NCBI GenBank assembly: GCA_964016885.1
Contig: OZ024747.1
Span: 5,828,001-5,892,000, forward strand
Source: Eledone cirrhosa
Lineage: Eukaryota
Reading direction: 5' to 3'
DNA length: 64,000 nucleotides
Part shown: positions 13,642 to 27,842 of the stretch, in pieces
How the letters are laid out: each line of letters begins with the position of its first letter
Position numbering within the stretch: position 1 is the stretch's first letter
Made by a program: the position numbers and the translations under genes
The notes under the pieces: model-generated
What the model was told of the DNA's origin: nothing
The model's database searches: none
Seen by the model: only the letters and a program-made list of their open reading frames with translations

Positions 13642-15309
13642 TATACGTTCTCAATATGCATTGGTGGTATAATTGAAACAAGACTGTTGCAACCTATAAA
13701 TGATAATCTATTTTTACGCGGAGATCTTAGCAGTGTTCCACAGAGTTCTCCATAGTCAACAGAAAGGACGGCCAGGAACTGAACAGCATCAATCACTTAA
13801 TACAAATACCGATAGCTTCCTCGTTATTATCATAATTACACCAAGAAGGAAATCAATATCAACCATTGGAGACATACCATCAACCAGCGGATGAGCTTCA
13901 GCGTCAGAGTTGAGAAAATGGTGGACTTCAGTCAACACGTGAATTATTGAGATGTCTTCTGAGTACCTCGGACATTTTCACATTTTTGGATGTACAAATG
14001 GTGTAACACGCTCAAAACTCAGAAAAACTAAATCTGAGTCATTAAAAAAAAATAATTATAAAACAATTGGTGTTGCTGCCTTGCGGGATAGGTTAGCTTT
14101 GCTAAACAAAGCAACCAAATATTCCTTGGAAAAAGCAGGATCGTCACCACAAGATTCCCTTTGATCAAAGGTTTGCTTGGTTAGAGCTGACCTGGAGCTA
14201 CACAACATCAGGAATCCAACGAAGGAGTCTATAGGTCGTAGCTCGACTTGCTAGAAATAGTATCCATATTTCCCTCTACGGGACATGTTCGTCAAATTTG
14301 ATTAAAAGTCTGTCCTATCGGGCCCGACTTGGGGTTAAACTACAATCGTCATTTAGGGACAAACAGTAGACGGAGAAATTGGTAAAATTGTTAAAGCATG
14401 AGACAAAATACCACTTGGTATTTTGTCTAAATACCACTTGGTATTTTGTCTAAATACCACTTGGTATTTTGTCTAAATACCACTTGGTGTTTTGTCTAAA
14501 TACCACTTGGTATTTTGTCTGCTGCTCTCTAGGTTCAAAATCTCACTGAGATCAACTTTGACTTTTGGTCTTTCAGGAGCGCTAAAATAAAGTCTTGGGT
14601 GGTTGATACACTTAATTCATCGCTTGGTTTAGCATCTGCCCATTGTCCTTGGATGTCTTTATTTGGATTCACTCTGTTTCAAGCATTCTAAGCAAGTCTT
14701 CAGTTTGTAGATAACTTCCTTCCTTCCTGCTACCAATCTCCAAGACCCTGAAAAAATATTGTTATACGTATTGCCATTCCTTCTCGACTCAGTAATGAAA
14801 AAAAAACTGAAGGTTGCAAGTTATGTAAGACGTATATCTCTTAAACCAAACTGCATACTGCAATTCATTTTGCGGTCCTCCGCTGGACAAAATGGTGACA
14901 CATCTGGAGAAATGGATAGATGTATTACATTGTTCCGATCTGATAGTTTCACAACACTGTAATACATCTCATTTGATTGGGACTGATAGAAGAACGAAAC
15001 CACAGAAACAAGGAGTAACAACATACAACAACAAACAATATCAACGACCAACAAACAAATATAGAACAATAACAATCTGGTCTCGATACGACTTGATGTA
15101 TTGAAATATAAATTCAACATACGATACAAAACCTGGTCATTCTAAACAAGCTCTGCCAGATATTTAGCTATCTACCAATTTACCCTTCCATTTATACATT
15201 TACTATTTTCTTCTCCTATACTTATTTCTGTCAATCTACTCGGCCTTTTTCTTTAATTTTTCTATCCATCCATCCAGCCCTTGTCCTTTCATCCAGCCTT
15301 GTCCTTTCT

Positions 15310-15825
15310 GGCCAGCCGGCCACCCAGCCAGCTAGTCACCCAGCCAGTTAGCCACCTTGCCTGCTAGTCTATCAGCCAGCCAGTCTGTCAGCCATCAAGC
15401 GAGCCAGCCAGCTAGCTAAATACCCTGCCTGCCAGTCTGTACCCACCCAGCCAGCCAGTTAACCACCCTGCCTGTCAATCTGTCAGCCACCCAGCCAGCC
15501 AGTTAGCCACCCTGCCTGCTAGTCTGTCAGCCAGCCAGCCAGTCTGTCAGCCAGCCACCCAGCCAGACAGTCTGTCAGCCAGCCAGCCAGCCAATCTGTC
15601 AGCCAGCCTGCTAGTCTGTCAGCCAGCCAGCCAGTCTGTCAGCCAGCCAGCCAGCCAGCCAGCCAGTCTGTCAGCCAGCCAGCCAGTCTGTCAGCCAGTC
15701 TTTCAGCCAGCCTGTCAGCCAGCCAGCCTGTCAGTCTGTCAGTCTGCCAGCCAGCCAGTCTGTCAGTCTGTCAGTCTTCCAGCCAGCCAGTCTGTCAGTC
15801 TGTCAGTCTTCCAGCCAGCCAGCCA
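15310..15825. repeat. (CAGC)n / cagtctgt low-complexity repeat
   Basis: Direct inspection. Confidence 0.9.
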
Positions 15826-16036
15826 TGCGTCGTTTTCCTTTCATTCGCCAATCCACCCTTTTTCCATTCATCCATCTACCCGTTATCTCCTCATTCTTAC
15901 ATACTTTCTTGCCCGTTCCATCCACCCCCACAGTATTTCCCCTAACTCCACTACATCCAACACACACAGACACACACACACATGCATGACAGTCGTGTGG
16001 TCTGCCGTCGGTCTTATTGTTTTCTCTCTTATACAG

Positions 16037-16108
16037 GATTCTCTATGGAAACAAAATTGTTGATCTTCCACACGGTGTGTTCCGTGGTTTAATCTCCTTA
16101 CAATTACT
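16037..16108 (+). CDS. slit: Slit exon 6, D2 LRR
   Basis: tacag|72 nt|gtgagt; ILYGNKIVDLPHGVFRGLISLQLL. Confidence 0.95.
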
Positions 16109-16303
16109 GTGAGTATTCTATACAGATTTACGTCCCTTTCTGGACGTTTCCGGTCGTTCTACTCCCCAACCACGGCCATTACTTCCTCCCTGGCCGCCCA
16201 TAAGAACCTTTTCGCTAACCAATTGCTACCAATATACTACTATTGTTACTACTATTACTACTACTAATAATAATAATGATAATAATAATGTTCATTTCAT
16301 TGT

Positions 16304-16350
<47 letters not shown>

Positions 16351-17008
16351 TTGCTGCTAAATATCGCTGCTGTGTGCTGCTGCTACTGCTGTTGTTATTG
16401 TTGCTATCGTTGCTATTGCTGCTGCTACTTCTACTACTACTACTACTACTACTACTACTAATTCTACTACTATTACTGCTACTATTACTGCTACTAGTGA
16501 TAGTAGTAATAGTAGAAGTTAATTGAAGATACCACTTCTTTTATTTTCCTTTTTCTTTTTCTCCTCCTCCTTCTTCTACTACTACTACTACTACTACTAC
16601 TACTAAACAATATACCTCCTCCACGTACGTGAATACAGCTTCATTTCATTATATTTGCCATCTTCTCAACTCATGCTTCATCTCTTTATACCATGTATTA
16701 TTTTCAGGTAGCCACCCTTTGTTTTATTACACAGTCAAAAACAAAACATGTGAAGGTAGCTCTCTCTCTCTCTCTCTCTCTGCATGGGTATCACATACAT
16801 ACATACATACATACATACATACATACATACATACATACATACATACATACATACATACATACATACATACATACATACATTGTACGTACATGCACACATA
16901 TATGTGTATGTGAGTGTGACTGGTGGTAAGTTTAGATGTTCCCACAAAGTACTCAAAACCAAAACGGTTTTAAGGTGTATATATTTTTGTTAATCTAATA
17001 AAACTGAT

Positions 17009-17052
17009 ACTTACATAGAGGACATCGTGTTTCGCCAGTGACTCATCAGAGT
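17009..17052 (-). ncRNA. Compact hammerhead-like motif
   Basis: ACU-CUGAUGA-GUC ACU GGC-GAA-ACA...UGU-A^-AGU; intact core, short stems. Confidence 0.5.
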
Positions 17053-17443
17053 GTGAAAAAAATGATGTTATTGACTAAAGGCTTGGGCGACGAAGAGCAC
17101 AAGGACATTGAAAAGAAAATGAAATAATGTTAAGAAATGTATACACATCACTATCTATATCCACAATATCTTCATCGTATTCCTTCACTTCTGGTCCACT
17201 TCCCTCTTTTCATCGTCAAACACACTTCAACACACTCCAAACTCCATATAAATATCCACACTACACTGATAAACAGTTTTCACCAGGCAAGCCACGTCTT
17301 CTCAATAGACTTTTATGTCGTCCATAAACAACATGTGGTTTAATGCACTTTGGGGTTTCGGATGCTTATTTAGTAGGGCCCGATATTTCTTTTGGTGTTT
17401 GGAAGAATGAACTTCTTTTCGTGCCGATACTTAGAAGTTTTCC

Positions 17444-17474
<31 letters not shown>

Positions 17475-19091
17475 AAAAAACTGTTATTCATGTACGTAGG
17501 TTATTTATCTACGTAAGAAGGTAATATATTTTTTATCTGTAACATATTATTTAATATATAACTAATAAATTTATTTACAATAGTTTACAATTTTTCCCAC
17601 TAATCCGCATGGCGAGCAAATGGGGTCCCACGTGCTGGCCTCCCCACAGCCCCGGCGGACAGGATGGAGAAGGCGTTTCCCAGAGGATGGTGAGGGAGAT
17701 GCAGAAGAAGAGCCATTCCAACTCGCGAGGCTCACACCTGCGGCTGGCCAGCTCAGCGTCTATGGTGGTTTAATATTGGTCCGTCTTATCTCAAGGAATA
17801 ACCCTTTCCAATGTCTCTTAGAACATTTGTTAAATATATCATTAATAGAACTAATAAGGCCGGTTGATTGGCAGTATCGGTAGAGCGCCGGACTTCATAC
17901 TTTGCGGCATATGGTTACGTCTCTTTATGTTCTGTGTTCTGATTTCAAATCCCGCCGAGGTTAGCTTAGCCATTCATCCATACATGGTCAACAAAATAAA
18001 GTACCAGTGACGCATTGGGGTCGATTTAATCAAATTTCTCCCTCTTCCAAAATTGTTGGCCTTGTGCCTAAATCAGAAACCATTAATACAACAAATGAAG
18101 GCGAGATGCCTCATTTGATGCTAACAATCCTTAAGGATGTTTTACTTTCGACTTTGTTTTCCAAGCAGCCATCTTTCTTTTCATCAGTTGTATGAAATTG
18201 TCCGCCATTTTAAAATTGTTTAATGTTTCTAGAATAAAACAAGAAATGCGGCACTATGCCACGAGCTTTTGTTAAAACCGATCTATGCCATACTTAAATG
18301 TGATTTTCTTTTCCAATAGTTCTGTAATACGCATCTATCAATTACTAAATGTTGTATTACTACAACTATTGTTATAATACCAACCATACTACGTATCACC
18401 GATTCCATTTCTACTAAATGCTACTATTACTACTACTACTATTACTACTACTACTCCAGCTATTGCTATAACATTATGGCTGCTGTTATTGTTACTACCA
18501 CTGCTGTTACTGCTACTCCCACTACTACTACTACTACTACTATCGCTATTATTGCTGCTACTGCTGCTGCTACTACTGTCGCCGTTGCTCTTATTGCTGC
18601 TGTTGTTGTCGTTGTTGTTGTTGTGGTGGTGATGATGGTCTTATTTTGTATTTCGTCGCCAGCGTTCCCATCAATATGTATTATACCCTGTGCGTGCGTT
18701 CACCTTTGTTGCTGTTGCTGCTGTTGTTGTTATTGTCGGTGTTGTCGTTGTTGTCGTTCTTATTGCTGTTATTGTTGTTGTTATTGTTGTAAACCTTTAT
18801 GAAACTATTTTCCACCATTAATTCAACTAATACAATAACCTTTCTTAAAGCTGGTTGGGTTTTTGTTGTTGTTGTTGTTGTTTTTTTCTAGGACCTTTCG
18901 TTATGTTTTTAAAGGGTTTTTATTTTCTTATTGTACTTTTTTTTTTTTTTGATTGGTCTGAAAGGAGCGAGTTTGTGCCCTTGATGTTTGCAAACACTCC
19001 GAGATCGAAAGATTTGCAAGGACTAGAGCCGCGATACTCCTCTTTCTCTCTTTGTAAGTGTGGTCGAAAGTAGAAGTTAGACTTTTAGAGT

Positions 19092-19145
<54 letters not shown>

Positions 19146-19767
19146 ATTACGACGGAAGTTCCAGTTGCGATATAAAATAAATAGAATTAAACACAAATAA
19201 ATAAAGTTAACTACAACAATATCATGTCGTTGTTAAGTGAAATACCGAAACATTTTAAAGTTATCATCATATACCGCTCAATAAGGAGTGAAACTGGGTT
19301 AAATAAACAATAACAACAATATATGTTCACAATGTTTCACTATAGTTCCTCGTATACTTGGCTATATTACCATCTTTCAGCAACGGATTTAGAAAGTGCG
19401 GCTTTCTTGAGATAAACAGAAAAAGTCAATAGGATTCCGTAAAATGTCGCCTGTAATTGAGAGTGTAAAATGTATGTAGAGTATTTAAGACATTTCTAAA
19501 GCTGATCACGTGACTAGAAATATTTGTTCACTAAATTTTAAGGAGACAGTTTTAATTATTTTTTAGAGAAAGAAAAATGGTGGGCGTCGAGGTTCCGTTC
19601 TTTATCGGAGCTGCGAGGGTCGGGTGAAATGTTTATAAACTGACCAAGATACTCTCATGGAATGACCAAATGAAGTTTAGTTTTCAACATAGTCCACGGG
19701 AAGAAACAATGCAGTTATTGATAAGAAAAGTTGAAATTGATGTATGCAATATTTCACAGCTCTAGCA

Positions 19768-19828
<61 letters not shown>

Positions 19829-20086
19829 CATTATCTAAACATGACTGGCGACAACTTCCAAACATGAAATCTTAAACAAGGGAAGAGGAAAGAGAGATTT
19901 AAAAGCTGATAAAAGATGATCATATGCAGTGATTCAATATTCCAATAGATCGATGAGGATCAATCAGTGTGAATGTGTGTACTAATAAACACTAATACCA
20001 ACAATTCTTTTACGATAAATAAGCAGCATTTCTCCTTTCTTTTTTTTTTTCTTTTCTTTCTTCCTTTTTCATCTGTTTCCTCTCAG

Positions 20087-20158
20087 ACTACTTAATGCCA
20101 ACAAAATAAACTGTATTCGAGAAGACACCTTTGTTGATCTCGGGAACCTCAATTTACT
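20087..20158 (+). CDS. slit: Slit exon 7, D2 LRR
   Basis: ctcag|72 nt|gtgagt; LLNANKINCIREDTFVDLGNLNLL. Confidence 0.95.
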
Positions 20159-20437
20159 GTGAGTATCTTATGTAAATATATGTGTGTTTGTGTGTAGATA
20201 TATATATATATATATTATAAGGGGTCTGACGAGCCGTGGATTACAGTGTCGGGCAAGATCGATACAGATCGAACCTTGAGCTGATCAACCAATAAATGTA
20301 ATGAATGAGTAACCAATCGTCCTGGTTATCTTTTCACTATATTACACTCTGTCTAGCTCTACACCTCGACCACAGAAGTGAATCTAAACATCGAGTGCTC
20401 TCCCGGGTGAACCTACAGTAACTCCAAGTTACACCCC

Positions 20438-20521
<84 letters not shown>

Positions 20522-20651
20522 GGAAAGTTATATTTAAATTGTTGGGTTAACAACGAGTAAATATTTATAACTGATATAAAAGCACTCAACAAGTATTTGG
20601 AGTATATTTATGATATTAAATAAATGGAAACTATATTTATAAAACCATATT

Positions 20652-20717
20652 TATTTCGTTATATATATTTCAGGGATATCATATTAACAATATGTTATGC
20701 CATCTTCAGACAAAATA
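20652..20717 (-). ncRNA. Hammerhead ribozyme, minimal palindromic stem III
   Basis: UAUUUUGU-CUGAAGA-UGGCAUAACAUAUU GUU AAUAUGAUAUCCCU-GAA-AUAUAUAU-A^-ACGAAAUA; 8-bp stem I. Confidence 0.78.
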
Positions 20718-20789
20718 CAATATAAACAGTCTTATAAATAAATAGATACGACATACCTTTCAATCACCTTGCATTTGTGAGGTTGATTT

Positions 20790-20836
<47 letters not shown>

Positions 20837-20979
20837 GTATATCTATGTATATATTTAAAAAAAGAAAAAGAATGACTTCTATTTCTAAACAATTTAATTT
20901 AATTTAATTACATTATAATTATATTACAATTTGGTTTGGTAGATCTAGTAAGTTCTTTGTTAACTTCGGTGTATGTATG

Positions 20980-21027
<48 letters not shown>

Positions 21028-21225
21028 TGTATGTATGTATGTATGTATGTATGTATGTATGTATGATGTATATATATATGTAGGTTTGTATATATATATG
21101 TATGTGTATATATATATATATATGTATGATGTATATATATATGTAGGTTTGTATATATATATGTATGTATGTATATATATATATATGTATGTATGTATAT
21201 ATATATATATGTATGTATGTATATA

Positions 21226-21258
<33 letters not shown>

Positions 21259-21412
21259 ATATGTATGTATGTATGTATATATATATGTATGTATATATGT
21301 ATGTATGTATATATGTATATATGTATGTATATATAAATGAAAGGTATAGAAAGTATTGTAGCAAGAAGCCAACAGTATTCCATAATATATAATGTATATG
21401 TATGTATATATG

Positions 21413-21607
<195 letters not shown>

Positions 21608-22292
21608 ATATATATATATATAGATGTATGTATATGTATGTATATATATATATGTATGTATATATATATATATATGTATGTCAGGTCACCAGTTGGTGCT
21701 ACTGGTAACATGTATCCCAGTACAACCTGTCCCATGGTCGGGTCGTTGGCGACTAAACTGGCAACCCCACCAAGGTTTCTTGGTGAGGAGGGTGACTTTG
21801 GACATCCTGCAGAACTAAAAACAAAACCTGTCAAAGGGCAAAAGAGCTCTAAAGAGTCAATGGCCATCCAAAATCACCGGGAGAGATGACCCCTTAGCCT
21901 TCGTCAAGGCAGAATTCTAGAAGAAGGAAAACTTTGATATAACACCTGCAACCCTGATGGTATCCAATGATGTTGACTTGTTCTTCTTTTTGGTAAATAT
22001 CATCTTGGTTAAGAGAGTGGGACTGGCTTTGTGCAGTGCCTTTGCTCACTATAAAAGCTTCACGGCACAGGCATTGCTTTATATCTGGAGATCTCTCTGC
22101 ACTTGTCGTCACATGGTACCATGGGCCCAGCACTATGTGTCAATAATTGTCACAGGTGTAGTGTTTGTACCAGACTTTTCAAGTTGCTGGCTGGACTAAA
22201 AAGTCGCACTCGTTCAGCGCATCGGTAGGGGTTCTCCTACATGGATATAAAGTAGTGGCCGTACTCGAAAACGAGTTGGCAGCCACCATGTA

Positions 22293-22325
<33 letters not shown>

Positions 22326-22520
22326 ATATATATATATATGTATGTATGTATGTATATATATATATGTATGTATATATGTATGTATATATGTATATATGTA
22401 TGTATATATGTATATATGTATGTATGTATATATGTATGTATATATGTATGTATATATGTATGTATGTATATATGTATGTATATATATATATGTATGTATG
22501 TATATATGTATATATGTATG

Positions 22521-22554
<34 letters not shown>

Positions 22555-22721
22555 TGTATATATGTATGTATATATGTATGTATGTATGTATATATGTATG
22601 TATATATATATATGTATGTATGTATATATGTATATATGTATGTATATATGTATGTATATATAAATGAAAGGTATAGAAAGTATTGTAGCAAGAAGCCAAC
22701 AGTATTCCATAATATATAATG

Positions 22722-22771
<50 letters not shown>

Positions 22772-23057
22772 CTCAGGAGAGTCAATAGTCATCCAATAAA
22801 TTTTATTATTATAAATCGAACTCACAACCTGAAAATTGTAAGCTCAACACTTTAACTTCTAAGCCTTCCACCTTCTCTTGCATGTAACAACACAGAATAA
22901 TAAAGTAGAACTTGTGGAAAGTAAACCCACTGAAAACTCTAGGCCGATCTCAATAGGCCCCACCTCACTCAAATTTGGCTTCACTATAAATGAGGTGAGT
23001 CGACTGTTTTTTGTTGTCTCTGTCTTTTTCCTAACTGTGATTCCTTGCTATATGTAG

Positions 23058-23129
23058 ATCCCTCTATGACAACAAGATTGAGAGTCTTTCTAATGGAACA
23101 TTCTTCCCACTGAAGAATATACAAACTCT
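23058..23129 (+). CDS. slit: Slit exon 8, D2 LRR
   Basis: tgtag|72 nt|gtaagt; SLYDNKIESLSNGTFFPLKNIQTL. Confidence 0.95.
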
Positions 23130-23454
23130 GTAAGTTTTATTTCTTATATTTACATAATTTATTTTTAATCTTTTATAAATGATTATATATTATATATCAT
23201 CATCTTCGTTTAACGTCCATTTTCCACGCTAGCATGCGTTAGACGAGAGTTGTCCCACTTGGGCAAGGTTGGTTCGGGTGACCGTGTCTCGCTCATATAG
23301 GACTATCTGGAAGGTTTTCTACGGCTGGATGCCCTTCCTAACACCAACCACATTACAGTGTGGAACTGGGAACTTTTACCGTGTTACCTACCACGACCAC
23401 ATTACAGCGTGGACTGTGTGTTTTTTTTTTCATATATATATTATCTAGATATAT

Positions 23455-23494
<40 letters not shown>

Positions 23495-23635
23495 ACCAAA
23501 GATTTATATGGTTCGTTGATTATTCAACGAATACAATTTTACAATAGATTAGAAGCACTCAACAAGGAGTTTCCTGGAGTATTTAATATTATTCAAAATG
23601 TTAATAAATGAAAAATATTCTCATAATCAAAATAT

Positions 23636-23700
23636 ATATTTTATTATACATATTTCAAAGGTACAATGGTGTTTATGTACGTTTTCATCAGATAAAATAT
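23636..23700 (-). ncRNA. Hammerhead ribozyme within a fold-back module (~23493-23840)
   Basis: AUAUUUUAU-CUGAUGA-AAACGUACA...UGUACCUUU-GAA-AUAUGUAU-A^-AUAAAAUAU; 9-bp stem I. Confidence 0.8.
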
Positions 23701-23830
23701 ATAAGATTGGATATGCGACATACCGCTACTGTTTGATTATTCAATTCCAATAGACGAATTGAATAATCAAAACAGTAGCGGCATGTCGCATATCTAATCT
23801 TATATATTTTTCCTTTATTAATATTTTGAA

Positions 23831-23872
<42 letters not shown>

Positions 23873-24868
23873 GGATACTATTTATGGTTATATATATACT
23901 AAAACTTTTTTTAGTTATATATATTTTAAACCCTAAACAGTGAAGGTCAGTAATTTATTACTACCTTATTACCAGTAAGATAAATAGCTCAATGTAATAA
24001 CATCAGTTGTTCTACAGAGCAGTTATATAGAATTCACAAGAATCAAAGCTATGTTCAAAGCATTTATTCACTTACAATTGTTTCATCCAAACCTAGGCTT
24101 GGAGTCTTCGGAGCATTTTTCAATGTTTGTACACATAATTGACCTCCTTTCCAACGCAAGAGACATACAGATACATATGTATATATTGATGTACAGTGGA
24201 GTGACATATATTATATTATATTATTTTATTATTTTATTATATTATTAATAATAATAATATATATAGTTTACTTTCTTAAACATTTTTGGTTTAAATTGTA
24301 TTAGATTCATTTAATTATTTTAGATGGTTTTTCAAGTAATGAGGTTAGCCAGGTCATATGAACACATCATGCTCATACGAATCTGTTTTGGGGGCTCGGT
24401 TTTCAACAGATGCTCTGCCTAACGCCAACAGCGTGTACTGTGAGTTTTTTTCGTGGTACCACCATTACCCCTTTAGAGAGTGGAGTGGATGATCTTCATC
24501 ATGGGATCAGTGCAACCCCTTCCAGAGTGGACTGGGTGCTTCTTTTTTTTTCTTTGGCACCAATACGATCACCTTAATGGGTGGACTGGTGTGTTATGTC
24601 TTGGCACCAGTACGACCCCTTATAGGTTCGATTGAGTGCTTTTTTTTGTCGTGTCACTAGTTGGACCACGTTGTGTGTGTGTCTGTGTGTGTGTAAGAGA
24701 GAGTAAAATGTGTATATGTAAGTCAACCATATATAAAATACAATATCACACTATAAGAATGCAATATCGATAATAACAATTTTTTTTTCTATGTTTTCTT
24801 TTTCTTTTTCTTCTTCTAATCACCGATCAATAACTACATCGTCATCGACCTGTGTTAATTTCCACCAG

Positions 24869-25032
24869 CCATCTTGCCCGCAATCCATTTATCTGTGACT
24901 GCAATCTTCGCTGGTTGTCCGAATATCTGCACAACTATCCAGTAGAGACCAGTGGCGCTCGCTGTGAGAGTCCGCGGCGCATGCGCAGGAAGAAGATAGG
25001 CAATATTAGAGGAAGCAAGTTCAAGTGTAAAG
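24869..25032 (+). CDS. slit: Slit exon 9, D2 LRRCT
   Basis: accag|164 nt|gtgtgt; [38 protein letters not shown]...KFKCK. Confidence 0.95.
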
Positions 25033-25573
25033 GTGTGTAGCTTTTATCATTCTTCTTGTTGTTGTTGTTGTTACACAGCTAAGGCCCTTTACGTTCTGGG
25101 TTCAAATCCCACCGAGGTTAACTTTACCCTTCATCCTTACAGCGTCGATAAAATGAAGCACCAGTAATGGGGTATATTTAATCGACTTTCTCCTCCCAAA
25201 ATAAATTGTTGGCCTTGTGCCTAAATCAAAAACCATTATTATTAATATTATTGTTATTGTTGTTATTCAATCTCCCCACTGAGTATCTTGTACAAGTGAT
25301 CTTTACCAATACTTTGGATAAACACAAGCCTTGTCGATGAAATTATACCGTAGAAAACTATGGATACCATTGGATAAATAAAATATTCAGCCGTGTCACA
25401 TACTGTATCACGCTGATTTAGTTTGATGTTTGTAGAATGCTCAGTCACTTACTTGTTAATTTACTAAAATGTTTGAAGGTGATACCACAGCATATCCTGA
25501 GTCTAACAGCGTCTGTGACTAATAGAAAACTAAAAGAATAAATCCTTTTGATATATCAATGTATATTTTGCAG

Positions 25574-25724
25574 GATCGGAGCAACAGCGCACGAGAAATG
25601 CTGGTAATTGTGTAGTTGTCTCCCAGTGTCCATCTGACTGTGAATGTACAGGAACTACTGTTGACTGTATAGGTCGTAGATTTGACAAACTTCCCGATGC
25701 ACTGCCAGACTATACCACACACCT
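25574..25724 (+). CDS. slit: Slit exon 10, D3 LRRNT
   Basis: tgcag|151 nt|gtgagt; SEQQRTRNAGNCVVVSQCPSDCECTGTTVDCIGRRFDKLPDALPDYTTHL. Confidence 0.94.
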
Positions 25725-26283
25725 GTGAGTAATCCTTTATTTTATACTTGAGCATGAGTATATGTTGATATATGTAATATATGTACCTTTTGAATCCATC
25801 TAGGAAGTGGTCTATTTAACATGAAAGTAGTCATATTTTTCTTCTGTATTATAATAAATAGGTGAATTGTCAGATTCGTTAGAAGGTCGGATAGAATGCT
25901 TTGTGGCATTTGTTCTGGCTCTCTACTCTCTGAGTTCAAATCCCACCAAGGTTAACTTTGCCTTTCGTCCTTTCGAGGTCGATAAAATATTGTACCAGTC
26001 TAGTATTGGGGTTGATTCTTCCTCTATATCTGTTTCTCTCTTCTTTTTTCTCACTTTCGGTCCCTATCTGGAAGAAATCTGTTCAGATCTGGAGAGGGAA
26101 GGGCTCCGTCTGTCTTAAAATATGCTAGAAACGCTGTATACCACTACGGCGCTCTCACGACTCCATCAGGAGTTACGGGACCATGGAGGCATATTTATGT
26201 ATAGATTCTATATAAGTGTATGTGAGATATATTATGTATGTTATATCGTGTTCAATATTCAATATATTCTATTTTGTCAATAG

Positions 26284-26358
26284 AAACCTTGCTGACAATG
26301 AAATCACGAGAATTGAAACCACCAGCGTTCTGAGACGTTTACCGAACCTAGAAATCTT
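26284..26358 (+). CDS. slit: Slit exon 11, D3 LRR
   Basis: aatag|75 nt|gtaagt; NLADNEITRIETTSVLRRLPNLEIL. Confidence 0.93.
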
Positions 26359-26394
26359 GTAAGTAAAAATGTTTCTATCAAATATATACACAAG

Positions 26395-26454
<60 letters not shown>

Positions 26455-26836
26455 CATCATCATCATCATCATCATCATCGTTTAACGTCCATCTTCCACG
26501 CTTGCATGGGTTTGGACGGGAGTTTTCCCACTTGAGGCAAGAGTGGATGTCTTGCTCGCATAGGGCTGTCTGGCGGGTTTTCTACGACTGGATGCCCTTC
26601 CTAACACCAACCACGTTTACAGTGTGGACTGGGAGGTTTTTACCGTGTTACCTACACGGCCACATTACAGCTTGGACTGTGTGTTTTTTTGTCGTGACAC
26701 CTACACGACCTCATTTGTTTCGTTTGGCTTTTATAAATATTGACATATCCAAAAACAAGAACTTATCGTTTTAAGTGAATTTAAAACGATAAGTTCTTGT
26801 TTTTTGGATATGTCAATATTTATCAAACAACTTTTG

Positions 26837-26897
26837 TGTTTTATCTGATGAGGGCGTACCAAAATTTTGGTACCCTTGAAATATATATAATAAAATA
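26837..26897 (+). ncRNA. Hammerhead ribozyme preceded by a ~45-bp-arm hairpin (26733-26823)
   Basis: UGUUUUAU-CUGAUGA-GGGCGUACC AAAAUUUU GGUACCCUU-GAA-AUAUAUAU-A^-AUAAAAUA. Confidence 0.8.
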
Positions 26898-26938
26898 AAT
26901 ATGGTTTTATAAAGATAGTTTTCATTTATTAATATCAT

Positions 26939-26982
<44 letters not shown>

Positions 26983-27233
26983 CAGCGAAAATCGTATTTC
27001 GGCTGGTAGAAAAAGCGAAACGAAACGCAAAATCGTAGAAATGCTGGCAAGCTCCCCATAGTTAAAAATACTAGAGCTAAACAATAAGTTAAAACGCCAT
27101 ACAAACTGAAAAAGTGGTTAAGAAGACATTAACCAACTAAGCCAAAAAACAAATCAAGCTAAACAGGTCAAACAAAATAAATGGTAAAAACCGACCTGGA
27201 CCCAAATGGAATTGGTGGTAAAATCCAAATGTA

Positions 27234-27277
<44 letters not shown>

Positions 27278-27360
27278 ATAAGTTTAGTATAAATATCCAA
27301 GGGTTAGAGCACTCAGTCCATAGGACGAGTTAAGTATAATTAGTTACAACAGTGACATAA

Positions 27361-27406
27361 ACAGGTACTTAAATTTCGTCGGGTTATGCACCCCAACTCA
27401 GTCAGC

Positions 27407-27410
<4 letters not shown>
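27361..27410 (-). ncRNA. Hammerhead with one extra core nucleotide
   Basis: AUAGG-CUGACUGA-GUUGGG GUGCAUAA CCCGAC-GAA-AUUUAAGU-A^-CCUGU. Confidence 0.65.
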
Positions 27411-27452
<42 letters not shown>

Positions 27453-27810
27453 ATATATGTGTGTGAATGTATACGTGCGTGTGTGTATGTATATATATAT
27501 ATATATATATGTGTGCATGTGTGTGTGTGTGGATGATTTGCTGGGGGTAGGTAGGGAAGGAGAGAGGGGAGTAGGTTATCTTTCGGTTTTCATTCTTCGA
27601 ATTCTTCCTATATGGAAGATGCTGGTTTCTATCAAAGTTCCATTTCTGGAATGTAGATAACAGTAAAGAGATATTCGAAAGTTTGTATGTATACATATAG
27701 ATGTGTGTGTGTCTGTGTGTCTGTGTGTGTGTCTGTGTGTGTGTGCGTGTGTGTGTGTCTGTGTCTGTCTGTGTGTCTGTGTGTGTGTCTGTGTGTGTGT
27801 CTGTGTCTGT

Positions 27811-27842
<32 letters not shown>

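Noticed and set aside
17443-17470. Long poly-G run
   Set aside because: A simple homopolymer whose length is error-prone; no further structure.
21683-21765. HDV-like ribozyme at the start of the insert
   Set aside because: P2, P4 and a CUAA junction can be drawn, but P1, P3 and L3 do not fit.
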